Shown: positions 29,751 through 40,394 of the stretch, piece after piece
Numbering within the stretch: position 1 is the first letter of the stretch
Layout: every line of letters begins with the position of its first letter
Source of the DNA: Clostridia bacterium
Lineage (GTDB): Bacteria; Bacillota; Clostridia; CAKSNL01; HGM11501
NCBI GenBank assembly: GCA_045545475.1
Contig: JAZQAZ010000034.1
Location: forward strand, 1-64,000
Direction: 5' to 3'
Length of the DNA: 64,000 nucleotides
Made by a program: the position numbers and the translations under genes
The notes under the pieces: model-generated
Database searches by the model: none
What the model was told of the DNA's origin: nothing
Seen by the model: only the letters and a program-made list of their open reading frames with translations

Positions 29751-30043
29751 AAAATCATCCTTTAGCAAAAGTTTTTACAAAAAATTATATTTTTCTCCAT
29801 TTTAACACAAGTGCCTTTATTTTTACAAGCGGTAAGTTATGGCAAAGTGTAAGGCTTTTTAAAAAATATTTAAATCGATAAATAAAAAAACAAGGTCCTT
29901 GCGTTAGTGACAAGGGCTTTTGGAGCCTATTAAAATCCCGTACTTACGGGATTTTTTTATATCCGGGAAAAAATGCTGGACAAAAATTCCGATAAGGCTT
30001 AATATTAAAAACCGTGTCCAAAAAACTAAAAGGGGATGGAAAA

Positions 30044-30283
30044 ATGAAAATTTTCACGAAAAAGGCAGAATATACAATGGAACGGTCGGACGCAGGCTTT
30101 GCTTTTGCGGTTAAGGAAAGGGAAGATTATTGCAAGGTCAGGATAGACTATATATCGGAAATCGGTGCGGAGTTGTTTTTTGCAACTATAAGAAAATATG
30201 GTGTAAAAGCCTGTCAACTCACTGCAGTTGCCGAGGACAGTGCTCTTGATGCGGTGACGGAAATATTCAGAGGACTATTGTAA
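30044..30283 (+). CDS. Hypothetical protein (DUF6514-like)
   Basis: GGGGA RBS; C-terminal GVKACQLTAVAED pattern; head of the acpS gene string. Confidence 0.5.
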   Translation: MKIFTKKAEYTMERSDAGFAFAVKEREDYCKVRIDYISEIGAELFFATIRKYGVKACQLTAVAEDSALDAVTEIFRGLL

Positions 30284-30343
30284 TTTGGAAAAAAATGTGC
30301 TATACTAAAATGAGATTTTGTTTTTTAAGAAGGAGAAATAACT

Positions 30344-30814
30344 ATGGACCTTTTTACAGAAAGACTTATTCCGAAAAAAATTATGGGTAAGGACATTGCG
30401 TTGGCGGTACTTTTATTTGTTGTTGCGTTGATAATTTCCGCTGCTTCCTTTGTGTTTCTGGGTTTTGCGGCAATAATCATAACCGCCTTAGTGCTTTACG
30501 GAGCATATTATTTTGCCTCCGGAATTTTGTTTGTTGAATACGAATACACCCTTACCAATGAAGAGCTTGATATTGATAAAATCATTGCCAAGAGGAAGAG
30601 AGTGAGCCTTAAGAGCTACAACGTAAAAGATTTTACGGAAGGCGGAAAGTATGACGGCAGAAAGGCAGAAATTCTTTGTCCCGACGAAACTTCCGAAAAT
30701 CTTTATTATCTTGAAATCGGCGAAGGGGCAAAAAAAGAGTGCATAGTAATCGATCCCAACGAAACAATGTTCAAGGCCTTTTCAGTTTATATGGGAGCAA
30801 GGTTTAAAAGATGA
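30344..30814 (+). CDS. Membrane protein (DUF6106-like)
   Basis: Two TM helices followed by VEYEYTLTNEELDIDKIIAKRKR. Confidence 0.7.
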   Translation: MDLFTERLIPKKIMGKDIALAVLLFVVALIISAASFVFLGFAAIIITALVLYGAYYFASGILFVEYEYTLTNEELDIDKIIAKRKRVSLKSYNVKDFTEGGKYDGRKAEILCPDETSENLYYLEIGEGAKKECIVIDPNETMFKAFSVYMGARFKR

Positions 30815-31161
30815 AGATAAAATCGGGTTGCGACATTGTGAAAATAAGCCGCATGGAAGGCTTTATTCAAAAAGGCGGCATAAAGCGGTGTTTTACTGAA
30901 AAGGAAGAAGAATATATTTTTTCAAAAAATAAACCTTGTGAAACTGCGGCAGGAATTTTTGCTGCGAAGGAGGCCTTGGGAAAGGCCATGGGGAAAGGTC
31001 TTTCAAGCTTTCCGTTAAAGGATGCCGAAGTTTGTCATGATGAGGCGGGGGCTCCTTTCTTTTCCTTTAAGGAAGGGCTTTTCTCTGATTTTGAAATAAG
31101 CCTTTCCATTTCTCACGACGGCGATTATGCCATGGCCTTTGTTGTGGTAAAGGAGTTATAA
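30811..31161 (+). CDS. acpS: Holo-[acyl-carrier-protein] synthase
   Basis: GCDIV, FAAKEA, SISHDGDYAMA. Confidence 0.93.
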   Translation: MKIKSGCDIVKISRMEGFIQKGGIKRCFTEKEEEYIFSKNKPCETAAGIFAAKEALGKAMGKGLSSFPLKDAEVCHDEAGAPFFSFKEGLFSDFEISLSISHDGDYAMAFVVVKEL

Positions 31162-31162
31162 C

Positions 31163-32620
31163 ATGTATGATGTGCTTTTGAGTGCCGAGGAAATGCGTAT
31201 GGCCGACAGACGGGCCATTGAATTTTTCGGCATCAGCGAAGAAATTTTAATAGAAAACGCCGCACTGGCACTTTTTAAGGAATGCCCGAAAGTTAAAAGT
31301 GCAAGGATTTTTACAGGCAGCGGAAATAACGGGGCGGACGGCTATGCTCTGGCACGCCATCTTTACTTAAACGGAACGGATACGGAAATTATTGCCCTTT
31401 ATGGTGCAACCCATAAGAATGCGGAAATTTGCAAAAAGCTGGGAATAAAAATTACGCCCTTTTCCGAAATGGAGGACAGGGAGACCGATCTGATTGTTGA
31501 CGCCCTTTTCGGCACCGGTCTTTCAAGGGCAATTGAAGGCGACGGCGAAGAGCTTATTTCTTATATGAATGAAAAGAAAGCGTTTAAAATTGCCGTTGAC
31601 ATCCCATCCGGAATTAATGCCGATACGGGCGGGATTATGGGGTGCTGTTTTAAAGCCGACAAAACCGTTACATTTGGATTCCTCAAAAAAGGTCTTTTCC
31701 AGTATCCCGGGTTTGATGCCGCAGGAGAAATTGTAAAGGCATATATATCAATTCCGGAGGAAGGCGTTCAGGCAAATGCATTTTTGGTTGATAAAGTTTC
31801 CTTTCCGGAAAGAAGGAAGGATTCAAACAAGGGAAACTTTGGCCATATATTGGTAATTGCAGGTTCTAAAGGCATGGCAGGTGCCGCATATATGGCATCG
31901 AAGGCGGCCATGAAAACAGGATGTGGCCTTCTTACGGTTGCCCTTCCCGATGCAATACTTGATTCTGTGGCGATGAAAATTCCCGAAGCCATGACAAAAG
32001 GATGCAAAGATAACGGAAAAACATTTTCAAAAGATGCTCTTTCGGAAATTTCGGAACTTGCCTTAAAGGCGGATACACTTCTTATCGGCCCGGGCATTCG
32101 CAAAACCGACGAAACTGCATATCTTGTTAAAGAGGCAATAAAACTCTTTAAGGGAAAAAATATTGTAATTGATGCAGATGGCCTTAATTGCCTTGCATCT
32201 TCTCCGGAGTATTTCCGTGGTGCTGTTATAACGCCGCATCCCGGCGAAATGGCAAGACTTATGGGGACAGACGTTGCCTCTGTGCAGAAGGACAGAAGTC
32301 TCTCAGCTTCCCTTTTTGCGAAAAAATACGGTTGTACGGTGGTGCTTAAGGGTGCCATGACCATAACTGCAACGCCCGACGGTAAATGCTTTTACAACAC
32401 AAACGGAAATCCCGGTATGGCAAAGGGCGGAAGCGGTGATGTTTTGTCCGGAATAACGGCATCTTTCCTGGCTCAGGGGATAGAGGGTGCGGCTTATAAA
32501 GCAGCATATGTTCACGGCCTGGCAGGAGATTTGTGTCGGGAAAATTTTTCCGAATTGGCATTTACAGCCACCGATTTAATAAAAATGATACCCGTCGCAA
32601 TAAAAAAATGTATGGCTTAA
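31163..32620 (+). CDS. nnr: Bifunctional NAD(P)H-hydrate epimerase/dehydratase
   Basis: GSGNNGADG, VDALFGTG, DIPSG, TPHPGEM, GGSGDVLSG. Confidence 0.93.
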   Translation: MYDVLLSAEEMRMADRRAIEFFGISEEILIENAALALFKECPKVKSARIFTGSGNNGADGYALARHLYLNGTDTEIIALYGATHKNAEICKKLGIKITPFSEMEDRETDLIVDALFGTGLSRAIEGDGEELISYMNEKKAFKIAVDIPSGINADTGGIMGCCFKADKTVTFGFLKKGLFQYPGFDAAGEIVKAYISIPEEGVQANAFLVDKVSFPERRKDSNKGNFGHILVIAGSKGMAGAAYMASKAAMKTGCGLLTVALPDAILDSVAMKIPEAMTKGCKDNGKTFSKDALSEISELALKADTLLIGPGIRKTDETAYLVKEAIKLFKGKNIVIDADGLNCLASSPEYFRGAVITPHPGEMARLMGTDVASVQKDRSLSASLFAKKYGCTVVLKGAMTITATPDGKCFYNTNGNPGMAKGGSGDVLSGITASFLAQGIEGAAYKAAYVHGLAGDLCRENFSELAFTATDLIKMIPVAIKKCMA

Positions 32621-32722
32621 GGTAATTTTGAGCAGAATAGGAAGGGGTCGGAAATCTGCACAAAAAAACCGGGAATGCTGTACATAAAAGGAAGCAGACG
32701 GTTAACCTTCCATAAACTGTAA

Positions 32723-32770
32723 TTGACTCGGAATAAAAAAAGATGTATAATTTATATATCTTTTGGTATA
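32723..32770 (+). promoter_or_regulatory. Promoter and probable autoregulatory operator of the TA operon
   Basis: TTGACT-17 nt-TATAAT followed by the imperfect palindrome ATATATC-TTTT-GGTATAT. Confidence 0.65.
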
Positions 32771-32787
32771 TCGGGGAGGTTCGGCTT

Positions 32788-33060
32788 ATGAAGAACAAGA
32801 AAATTTTAATATCCGTGCCTTGCTCCCTGCTCTCTGAAGTTGACCGGGCGTGTGCTGATGAAGGAGTTTCACGCAGCGAGTTTATAAGAAATGCGGTTAA
32901 AAAGGAGCTTAAGGAATTAAAGCGGCGAAAAACCGAAGAAATTCTTAAAGCGGGGTATATCGCCATGGGAGATATAAATCTTTCTCTGGCGGAGGAAGGC
33001 ATCGATGCCGATAATGAGCAGCTTCTGGCCTACGAGCAAAAGTTATCGGAGAGTGAATGA
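32788..33060 (+). CDS. ndoAI: Ribbon-helix-helix antitoxin, EndoAI/MazE type
   Basis: KILISVP...SRSEFIR...[15 protein letters not shown]; ATG 32788 behind GGGGAGG. Confidence 0.9.
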   Translation: MKNKKILISVPCSLLSEVDRACADEGVSRSEFIRNAVKKELKELKRRKTEEILKAGYIAMGDINLSLAEEGIDADNEQLLAYEQKLSESE

Positions 33061-33061
33061 T

Positions 33062-33412
33062 TTGTTAATTAAAAGAGGAGACATTTTCTATGCAGATTTA
33101 AGTCCCGTGATAGGGTCAGAGCAGGGAGGTGTCAGACCTATTTTAGTGGTACAGAATGACGTGGGAAATCGCTATAGCCCCACGGTTATTGCTGCGGCAA
33201 TAACAAGCAGGATAAACAAGGCCCATCTTCCTACGCACATTGAAATAGATTCCAGTACCTTCGGCCTTACCAAGGAATCTGTTATACTGCTTGAGCAGAT
33301 AAGGACAATTGATAAAAAGAGATTAAGGGAAAAGATTGGGCATCTGGATGATGAAAAAATGAAATCGGTAAACGAGGCACTTAACATAAGCTTCGGTTTG
33401 CCTGGAAACTGA
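33062..33412 (+). CDS. ndoA: MazF/PemK mRNA interferase EndoA
   Basis: [41 protein letters not shown]; start uncertain (33053 or 33062). Confidence 0.95.
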   Translation: MLIKRGDIFYADLSPVIGSEQGGVRPILVVQNDVGNRYSPTVIAAAITSRINKAHLPTHIEIDSSTFGLTKESVILLEQIRTIDKKRLREKIGHLDDEKMKSVNEALNISFGLPGN

Positions 33413-33434
33413 GGGATAAGAAAGGGGTATATTG

Positions 33435-33875
33435 ATGAAGGGACAAAAGAAAAATATTTTTGTTATTACCTTGATACTGATGTTGCTTTTTACAGCGGTT
33501 ATAAAAGGTACTGTGGGATCGGAGGATGATCCTTTAATTTCTTTAAGCTATGTTGAAAATGTAATTATGCCCTATATTGATGAGGTCGCAGGTGAAAACG
33601 ACGGCTTTACCGTGGTGGAAGTTGAAAAGGGAAGCAGCATAGAATTTCATGCTGGTGCCGAAATTATTTTAAGAAGCGGTGAAGGCGTTATTGTAATTCC
33701 CAAAAGTGCGGGCGGCGGTTTTACAGATGTAACCTCCGGTGTGGATAAGGCCACAGGCACTTTAGCTGAGGCAAACCATCTTTTAATTTGTCCAAGAAGT
33801 GACGGACGCAGAATAAAGGCTAACTCCAAGCTTTATATTATGGTAAGAGGAAGCTATGAAATTATTCAGGGGTGA
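33435..33875 (+). CDS. Exported hypothetical protein
   Basis: N-terminal signal/TM; GSEDDPLISLSY and NHLLICPRSDGR motifs seen in clostridial hypotheticals. Confidence 0.7.
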   Translation: MKGQKKNIFVITLILMLLFTAVIKGTVGSEDDPLISLSYVENVIMPYIDEVAGENDGFTVVEVEKGSSIEFHAGAEIILRSGEGVIVIPKSAGGGFTDVTSGVDKATGTLAEANHLLICPRSDGRRIKANSKLYIMVRGSYEIIQG

Positions 33876-35140
33876 AGAGAATGAAAAAATTGCTCGTTGC
33901 CCTGACGCTCCTTTTGTCTGCTTTGTTTATTAATTGCTCTGCCATGGAAATTCCTGATTTTGTAAGAGTTGGAATAAATGCATCAAACCTGACAGAACAA
34001 GTTATTCTTGAAGCAGACGGAGGAGTTTATACGGAGGCTCTCTTTGCCATGCCCGAAGAAGGCGGTGAAGGTTCGGCCTTTTATATAGCGGAAAGGGCAG
34101 AAGTTACCGTTTCCGAAAACGGTACATTAATATGTAACGGTATAGAAACCGACGAAACCGAGGTTGACTTTTTAAAGACTTCGGAATTTATCGTGTGTCA
34201 GGGGAAAAAATACCGAGGAGCCATAAGGCTTAGTGTAAGACACGGAAAAATTCTGATAATAAGCGTTTTATCGATGGATGAATATCTTTACGGAGTTGTG
34301 GGAAAGGAAATGTCTGAAAGCTTTCCCCTTGAAGCGTTAAAGGCACAGAGCGTTGCGGCAAGAAACTATACCGTAATTTCCATGGGACGTCATGAAAGTC
34401 AGGGCTTTGACCTGTGTAACGGCATCCACTGTCAGGCCTACGGTGCAGTGGCATCGGAGGGCAGTAAAGTAAGGCAGGCGGTGGACGAGACAACAGGAAA
34501 GCTTTTATATTATGAAGGTGAAGTGGTTCAGTGCTACTATTATTCTTCAAACGGAGGCTACAGCGAAAGCTCGGAAAACGTATGGGTATCCGAAATCGGC
34601 TACCTTAAGGGAAAGGCCGACCCCTTTGAGGACGGCACAAGAATTCCCGGGTATAACTGGGAAGTAACCTTTACGGCAGAGGAAATAAGAAACAATCTTG
34701 CATCCCGAGGCATTGACATAGGGGACATTGTAAATGTGGAAGTTACGGAGTATTCCGAGAATAACCATGTTACGGAAATAAAAATTGAAGGCACAAAGGA
34801 CGATAAATATTATTATAAGGATAACATCAGAGCAGCCTTTCCTCAAAGCCTCAAAAGTACATATTTCACAGTTTCTTCGGGAAATAAAGAAGCATCGGTA
34901 AGAGTTTTATCAATAAACGGTATGGAAACCGTAAAAATAGCTCCGTCCTATGTCCTTAGCGGAAGCGGACTGGCTTATGTAGAGGGAAAAGGACAAGAAG
35001 GCGAATTTACATTTACCGGAAGCGGCTACGGCCACGGCGTGGGAATGAGCCAGTACGGTGCTTACTTTATGGCGGAGCAGGGTTACACCTTTGATGATAT
35101 ACTTAAATTTTACTATACAGACACGGAGATTTCAGAATAA
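33872..35140 (+). CDS. SpoIID/LytB domain peptidoglycan lytic protein
   Basis: [40 protein letters not shown]. Confidence 0.9.
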   Translation: MKRMKKLLVALTLLLSALFINCSAMEIPDFVRVGINASNLTEQVILEADGGVYTEALFAMPEEGGEGSAFYIAERAEVTVSENGTLICNGIETDETEVDFLKTSEFIVCQGKKYRGAIRLSVRHGKILIISVLSMDEYLYGVVGKEMSESFPLEALKAQSVAARNYTVISMGRHESQGFDLCNGIHCQAYGAVASEGSKVRQAVDETTGKLLYYEGEVVQCYYYSSNGGYSESSENVWVSEIGYLKGKADPFEDGTRIPGYNWEVTFTAEEIRNNLASRGIDIGDIVNVEVTEYSENNHVTEIKIEGTKDDKYYYKDNIRAAFPQSLKSTYFTVSSGNKEASVRVLSINGMETVKIAPSYVLSGSGLAYVEGKGQEGEFTFTGSGYGHGVGMSQYGAYFMAEQGYTFDDILKFYYTDTEISE

Positions 35141-36168
35141 TGAGAGTAGAAGATTTTGATTATTACCTTCCCGAGGAGCTTATAGCTCAGGAGCCTCTGG
35201 CAGACAGGTCCTCCTCAAGGCTTCTTACATTGGAAAAGAATACGGGAAAAACGGAGCATAAAATATTTAAAGACATTGTTACCATGCTTAACAAGGGTGA
35301 TTGCCTGGTTTTGAATAATACCAGGGTAATTCCTGCAAGGCTTATCGGAACCAAGGAGAAAACAGGCGGTGCCATTGAGATGCTCCTTTTAAAAAGGGTA
35401 AATACCTCTGACTGGGAGGTTGCCTTAAAACCCGGAAAAAGAGCAAAGGTAGGGGCGATGTTTGTTTTCGGCCCCAATGAGGAACTAAAGGCCGAAATTC
35501 TTGAAATTGTAGAGTGCGGAAACAGAATCGTACGTTTTTACTACGACGGTCTTTTTGAAAATGTGCTTGATAAATTAGGGCAGATTCCACTTCCCGGTTA
35601 CATAACAAAAAAGCTTGAAGATAAGGAACGCTATCAGACCGTTTATGCAAAGTACGACGGAAGTGCGGCAGCACCGACGGCGGGGCTTCACTTTACAAAG
35701 GAGCTTTTATCCTCCATTTCGGAAAAGGGCGTAAAAATTGCATATGTTACGTTGCATGTTGGCCTTGGAACATTCCGTCCGGTAAAGGTGGATAACATTG
35801 AAGAGCACACCATGCACTCGGAATATTTCATAATTGATGAAAAAGCGGCAAGTATTATAAATGAAACAAAGTCATCAGGCGGCAGAGTTATTGCCGTCGG
35901 AACAACCTCCTGCAGAACTCTTGAATCTGCGGCAGATGAAAACGGACATATATCACCCTGCGAAATGAATACGTCAATTTTCATTTATCCGGGCTATAAG
36001 TTCAAGGCGATTGATGCACTTATTACAAATTTCCATCTGCCCAAATCAACTCTTGTTATGTTGGTTTCGGCTCTTGCGGGAAGAGAAAATGTGCTTTCTG
36101 CATATAAAGAGGCAATTGAAAACCGATATCGCTTCTTCAGCTTCGGCGATGCGATGTTTATAAAATAA
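35140..36168 (+). CDS. queA: S-adenosylmethionine:tRNA ribosyltransferase-isomerase
   Basis: [41 protein letters not shown]. Confidence 0.98.
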   Translation: MRVEDFDYYLPEELIAQEPLADRSSSRLLTLEKNTGKTEHKIFKDIVTMLNKGDCLVLNNTRVIPARLIGTKEKTGGAIEMLLLKRVNTSDWEVALKPGKRAKVGAMFVFGPNEELKAEILEIVECGNRIVRFYYDGLFENVLDKLGQIPLPGYITKKLEDKERYQTVYAKYDGSAAAPTAGLHFTKELLSSISEKGVKIAYVTLHVGLGTFRPVKVDNIEEHTMHSEYFIIDEKAASIINETKSSGGRVIAVGTTSCRTLESAADENGHISPCEMNTSIFIYPGYKFKAIDALITNFHLPKSTLVMLVSALAGRENVLSAYKEAIENRYRFFSFGDAMFIK

Positions 36169-36184
36169 AAGAAATTGTTCGTCC

Positions 36185-36267
36185 GAGATCCTTCATTGCG
36201 TCACAACGCACTGTCATTCTCGAGCGAAGCGAAGAATCCCGCGTGGCGACGCAGTTCAAGGATGACA
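36185..36267. repeat. GTCATTCT-type palindromic repeat cluster
   Basis: GAGATCCTTC...TGTCATTCTCGAGCGAAGCGAAGAATC...AGGATGACA; related to 54702-54797. Confidence 0.7.
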
Positions 36268-36376
36268 CGGGCGAGGTTCTTATATCCCGTACACATCGTT
36301 GATGCGATGTTTATTAATTGAAATTTTATTTGTAATATCGTTTTTCAGAACGGCTTGCCCGTTCCGAAAAACAAAA

Positions 36377-36402
36377 GGGCAGGAGCTCTTCTCCTGCCCT
36401 AC
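36377..36402 (-). repeat. GTAG-type REP sequence (variant loop)
   Basis: Minus strand GTAGGGCAGGAGAAGAGCTCCTGCCC. Confidence 0.8.
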
Positions 36403-36464
36403 AGTATTGCATAAATCAATACCATAGAAATGGAAAATTTTGCACTTAATAAGGGGGGCGGCGG

Positions 36465-36872
36465 ATGAAAAGGCACAGATATCTCTTTTTAGCAATAGGA
36501 TTTTTAATTCTTTCTGGAATATCGGCTTTGTTTTTCACAGAAACCTTTTCTTCTGATTTCACTCTGTTTATGGGGTTCGGTCTTTTGCCGGTTTCCCTTG
36601 CTTTGACCATTGGCTTTTTAGCAGCATGGCTATTTGAAATTTTCAAAAAAAGCGGAAAAAAACCGGGCCTTACGGTGAGTTTTATTTTGGTAACGGCTTC
36701 TGCTTTAATAATTGCGGGAATAGCAACATGGGATGTTTTATTCAGCAATGAAAGCTTTTTCCCTGGGCTGTTCGGATTGATTTTATTTATTTTTGCTCTG
36801 CCGCCTTTGGCGGTTGCGGCAATAACGCTTCTTGTAATAATGATAGTGAAGAGAACGAGAAATGCAAAATGA
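36465..36872 (+). CDS. Hypothetical membrane protein (about 4 TM) inserted between queA and tgt
   Basis: Strongly hydrophobic 135-aa ORF with G-rich RBS. Confidence 0.65.
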   Translation: MKRHRYLFLAIGFLILSGISALFFTETFSSDFTLFMGFGLLPVSLALTIGFLAAWLFEIFKKSGKKPGLTVSFILVTASALIIAGIATWDVLFSNESFFPGLFGLILFIFALPPLAVAAITLLVIMIVKRTRNAK

Positions 36873-36924
36873 ATAATTTTGCATAACCCATTTTGCGTTT
36901 TACATTTAACAAAGGAGGACAGAA

Positions 36925-38055
36925 ATGTTTGAGCTTTTAAAGACTGAAAACAAGGCGAGGCGAGGTCGTTTTACTACGCCTCACGGTGTAATAGAAACCC
37001 CGGTTTTTATGAACGTTGGAACATCTGCCGCAATTAAAGGCGGCTTATCCGCCGAGGATTTAAGCGAGCTTCACTGTCAGGTGGAGCTTTCCAATACATA
37101 TCATCTTCATGTACGTCCGGGGGATGAAGTCGTGAGAGACCTTGGCGGTATAAGAAAATTTATGAATTGGAACGGACCTGTATTAACCGACAGTGGCGGC
37201 TTTCAGGTTTTCTCCCTTGCAGACCTTCGTAAAATAAAGGAAGAGGGCGTGTCTTTCAAGTCCCATCTTGACGGAACAAGAATTTTCATGGGACCCGAAG
37301 AGAGTATGCAGATTCAGTCAAATCTGGCATCCACCATTGCCATGGCCTTTGACGAGTGTATAGAAAATCCGGCACCCAAGGATTATGTTAAAAACTCCAT
37401 TGCGAGAACCACAAGATGGCTCCATCGCTGTAAGGCGGAAATGGCAAGGCTCAATTCCCTTCCCGACACAATAAATAAAGAGCAGATGCTTTTTGGCATC
37501 AATCAGGGCGGAACTTATCCCGACCTCAGAATTGAGCACATGAAGGAAATTTCCGAGCTTGACCTTCCCGGCTACGCCATAGGCGGCCTTGCGGTGGGGG
37601 AAACCGCCGAAGAAATGTATGACATAATAGATGCTGTTGAACCCTTTATGCCAAAGGACAAGCCCCGTTACTTAATGGGTGTGGGAACACCTGTAAATAT
37701 TTTGGAAGGCGTGGCCCGAGGTGTTGACTTTTTCGATTGTGTAATGCCCAGCCGTAATGCCCGCCACGGCCTTTTATTTACCAGCGTGGGAATTATAAAT
37801 TTAAACAATAACAGATATTTAAGGGACGAAAACCCCATAGACCCGAATTGCGACTGCCCTGCCTGCAGAAAGCATTCCCGCGGTTACATCCGTCACCTTT
37901 TAAAGGCAAAGGAAATGCTTGGTATGCGTCTTTGTGTAATTCACAACATTCATTTCTACAATCAGATGATGCAGGATATAAGAGACGCTCTTGACGAGGG
38001 CCGTTTTACGGAATTTTATAAAGAAAAAGTGGAGCTTTACGGTTCGAGATATTAA
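36925..38055 (+). CDS. tgt: tRNA-guanine transglycosylase
   Basis: SNTYHL, TDSGGFQVFSL, YLMGVG, CDCPAC zinc site. Confidence 0.98.
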   Translation: MFELLKTENKARRGRFTTPHGVIETPVFMNVGTSAAIKGGLSAEDLSELHCQVELSNTYHLHVRPGDEVVRDLGGIRKFMNWNGPVLTDSGGFQVFSLADLRKIKEEGVSFKSHLDGTRIFMGPEESMQIQSNLASTIAMAFDECIENPAPKDYVKNSIARTTRWLHRCKAEMARLNSLPDTINKEQMLFGINQGGTYPDLRIEHMKEISELDLPGYAIGGLAVGETAEEMYDIIDAVEPFMPKDKPRYLMGVGTPVNILEGVARGVDFFDCVMPSRNARHGLLFTSVGIINLNNNRYLRDENPIDPNCDCPACRKHSRGYIRHLLKAKEMLGMRLCVIHNIHFYNQMMQDIRDALDEGRFTEFYKEKVELYGSRY

Positions 38056-38122
38056 AAAGGACTTGCAAAGTTTTGGAAAATAGTATATAATTAGTAAAAA
38101 ATATTTTTGGAGGTTTACTTTT

Positions 38123-38500
38123 ATGTTAATGATGATGTTAATGTCCATGCCTCAGGGTATGGGTGACACGGCAACAACAGAGGCTGTTACACAGACAACG
38201 GAAGCTGCAACTCAGAGCGGCAGTTCATGGATAACTTTCCTTCCCATGATTATAGTTTTGGTGGCTATGTACTTTATCTTGATTCTTCCTCAGAAGAAGC
38301 AGGAAAAGAAGCAGCGTTCCATGATTGATGCCCTTGTTCCCGGTGATGAAATTGTTACCATCGGCGGTATTTACGGTAATGTTGTTTCCGTAAAGGATGA
38401 TTGCATCGTAATCGAATCTTCTGCTGATAAGACAAAGATAAAAATCGCAAAGTCTTCCGTAAGCAGATGCTTAACCGTTCACGAAGAAGAAAAGAAATAA
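38123..38500 (+). CDS. yajC: Preprotein translocase subunit YajC
   Basis: TM helix, PQKKQEK, GDEIVTIGGIYG; own TTGCAA-17-TATAAT promoter at 38063-38091. Confidence 0.93.
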   Translation: MLMMMLMSMPQGMGDTATTEAVTQTTEAATQSGSSWITFLPMIIVLVAMYFILILPQKKQEKKQRSMIDALVPGDEIVTIGGIYGNVVSVKDDCIVIESSADKTKIKIAKSSVSRCLTVHEEEKK

Positions 38501-38550
38501 GTAATTAAAACGCCTTTTCCCGAATAGACTTATTTGGGGAGGCGTTTTTT

Positions 38551-38949
38551 ATGGATGAAAAAGAAAAAAGAAAAGGCCTGGATATGCTTTATGCGGTTCT
38601 CGGCTCACTTTTAACGGCACTTGTGCTTACAGGGCTTTCGCTTCTGATTATTTCGGTAATTTATCTTTCAAGAGATTTATCTGACGAAACGGCAAGAAGC
38701 CTGGTTACGGCGGCGGCTCTTGTTTCGGTGTTTGTGTCTGCCTTAATTTCCGGCAGAAAAATGAAAAGCAGAGGCCTTTTAACAGGCTCGCTTGTGGGGG
38801 CGGCCTATTCTTTGTGCCTTTATATCACAGGGGTTCTTGCCTTTGGGATAATGCACTTTTCAAAAAGCTTTTTCGGAATCCCGGCACTTTCGGTATTCAT
38901 CGGGGCCCTGGGCGGAATTGCAGGAGTAAATCTTAAGGGCAAAAAATAA
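38551..38949 (+). CDS. TIGR04086-like membrane protein
   Basis: Four TM helices, RGLLTGSLVG, C-terminal GGIAGVN; position after yajC. Confidence 0.8.
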   Translation: MDEKEKRKGLDMLYAVLGSLLTALVLTGLSLLIISVIYLSRDLSDETARSLVTAAALVSVFVSALISGRKMKSRGLLTGSLVGAAYSLCLYITGVLAFGIMHFSKSFFGIPALSVFIGALGGIAGVNLKGKK

Positions 38950-38965
38950 CAGGGCAAAAGACTTA

Positions 38966-39001
38966 AAAAGATGCGGAGTTTTTAAAATATCCGCATCTTT
39001 T
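38966..39001 (+). terminator. Intrinsic terminator
   Basis: aaaagatgcgga...tccgcatctttt. Confidence 0.75.
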
Positions 39002-39026
39002 ATTTTGCTCTTTTAACAAATTTTAG

Positions 39027-39055
39027 TTGACTAAACGCTCCGAAAGTTATATAAT
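39027..39055 (+). promoter_or_regulatory. secDF promoter
   Basis: TTGACT-17 nt-TATAAT. Confidence 0.75.
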
Positions 39056-39089
39056 AGATGTGCTATACATTTTTTAAGGAGGATAAAGC

Positions 39090-40394
39090 ATGAGAGCAAA
39101 AAACATTATTGCACTTATCTTAATTGCGGCAGTTATATTCATGATGTGCTTCGTATGCCTGTTTGATGTAACTATCGGCGATTACAGATTCCCGGATGCT
39201 CTTGATGAAGAGTACGGAATTAAGCAGGGCCTTGACCTGGTGGGAGGTTCGCTTATTGAATTTAAACCTGATACAGAGGAAACACCTTCTGCAGACCAGA
39301 TGGCAACGGTTAATTCCATTATGAGAAACCGTCTGGACTCCCAGAGCTATTATGATGCAACGGTAGCAATTCAGGCTGACAATACCATAAGAATTGAAAT
39401 TCCCAACGTGGATGACCCTTCCGAGGCAGTTTCAATTCTCGGTTCCACAGCAAAGCTTACCTTCAGAGATTATGAGGGTAACGTTCTTATGGAAGGCTCC
39501 GAAGAATTCGTTGCAGATGCACAGATGCAGTACGGACAGACTTCCGAGGTTGGTGTAGCACAGTATTATGTTGCACTTACACTTACCGCTCAGGGAAGAG
39601 AAGCTTTCAAGGCAGCAACAGAGGCTGTTCTTAACTACACTTCCGAGGGTAATAACTACATCGCAATTTATCTTGACGAAACACCCTTCAGCCAGCCCAT
39701 GGTATCTGAAGTAATCGATGCAGAATCCTGCGTAATCACAGGTGATTTCTCAAGAGAAAGTGCTGAAACACTTGCGGCACAGATCAGAAGCGGTCAGCTT
39801 CCCTTTAATCTTGCCGTTTCTCAGCTTCAGAGCGTAGGTCCCACACTCGGTGAGGAAGCTCTTTCAAAGAGCCTTGTTGCAGCAGGTATTGGTATTCTTC
39901 TTGTAATCATTTTCATGATTGCATTGTACAGACTTTCCGGTGTTACTGCGGCAATCAGCCTTTGTGCTTACGCAGCACTCGTTGTAATCATTCTTATAAG
40001 AATCGGTGCAACACTTACACTTTCAGGTATTGCAGGTTTGGTTCTTTCAATCGGTATGGCGGTTGACGCTGACTGTATTATATTTGAAAGAATGAAGGAA
40101 GAACTTCGTACAGGAAAAACCATTGGTGCATCACTTGATGCAGCATTCAACCGTGCAATGGTTGCAATTTTCGACGCTAACGTAACAACATTGATCTGTG
40201 CTGTAGTGCTTTACTTCTTCGGTACAGGCTCTATCAAGGGCTTCGCTGTTACACTCGGCGTTGGTACATTGGTAAGCTTCTTTACAGCAATCGTTCTTAC
40301 AAAGGTTATATTAAAGCTTATCGTTAAAGGCTTTGGAATCAAAAGTTCCGGCTGGTTCGGTGTGAAAGGAGTGGCTATTGATGAAACAGTATAA
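39090..40394 (+). CDS. secD: Protein translocase subunit SecD
   Basis: GLDLVGG, VGPTLG, IGMAVDA, IKGFAVTL. Confidence 0.95.
   Translation: MRAKNIIALILIAAVIFMMCFVCLFDVTIGDYRFPDALDEEYGIKQGLDLVGGSLIEFKPDTEETPSADQMATVNSIMRNRLDSQSYYDATVAIQADNTIRIEIPNVDDPSEAVSILGSTAKLTFRDYEGNVLMEGSEEFVADAQMQYGQTSEVGVAQYYVALTLTAQGREAFKAATEAVLNYTSEGNNYIAIYLDETPFSQPMVSEVIDAESCVITGDFSRESAETLAAQIRSGQLPFNLAVSQLQSVGPTLGEEALSKSLVAAGIGILLVIIFMIALYRLSGVTAAISLCAYAALVVIILIRIGATLTLSGIAGLVLSIGMAVDADCIIFERMKEELRTGKTIGASLDAAFNRAMVAIFDANVTTLICAVVLYFFGTGSIKGFAVTLGVGTLVSFFTAIVLTKVILKLIVKGFGIKSSGWFGVKGVAIDETV

Noticed and set aside
31768-32364. 198-aa antisense ORF inside nnr, and the many similar shadow ORFs in the track
   Set aside because: Antisense in-register shadows of well-supported genes; no independent signals
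32621-32722. Possible alr remnant between nnr and the antitoxin
   Set aside because: No recognisable alanine racemase motif in any frame by eye
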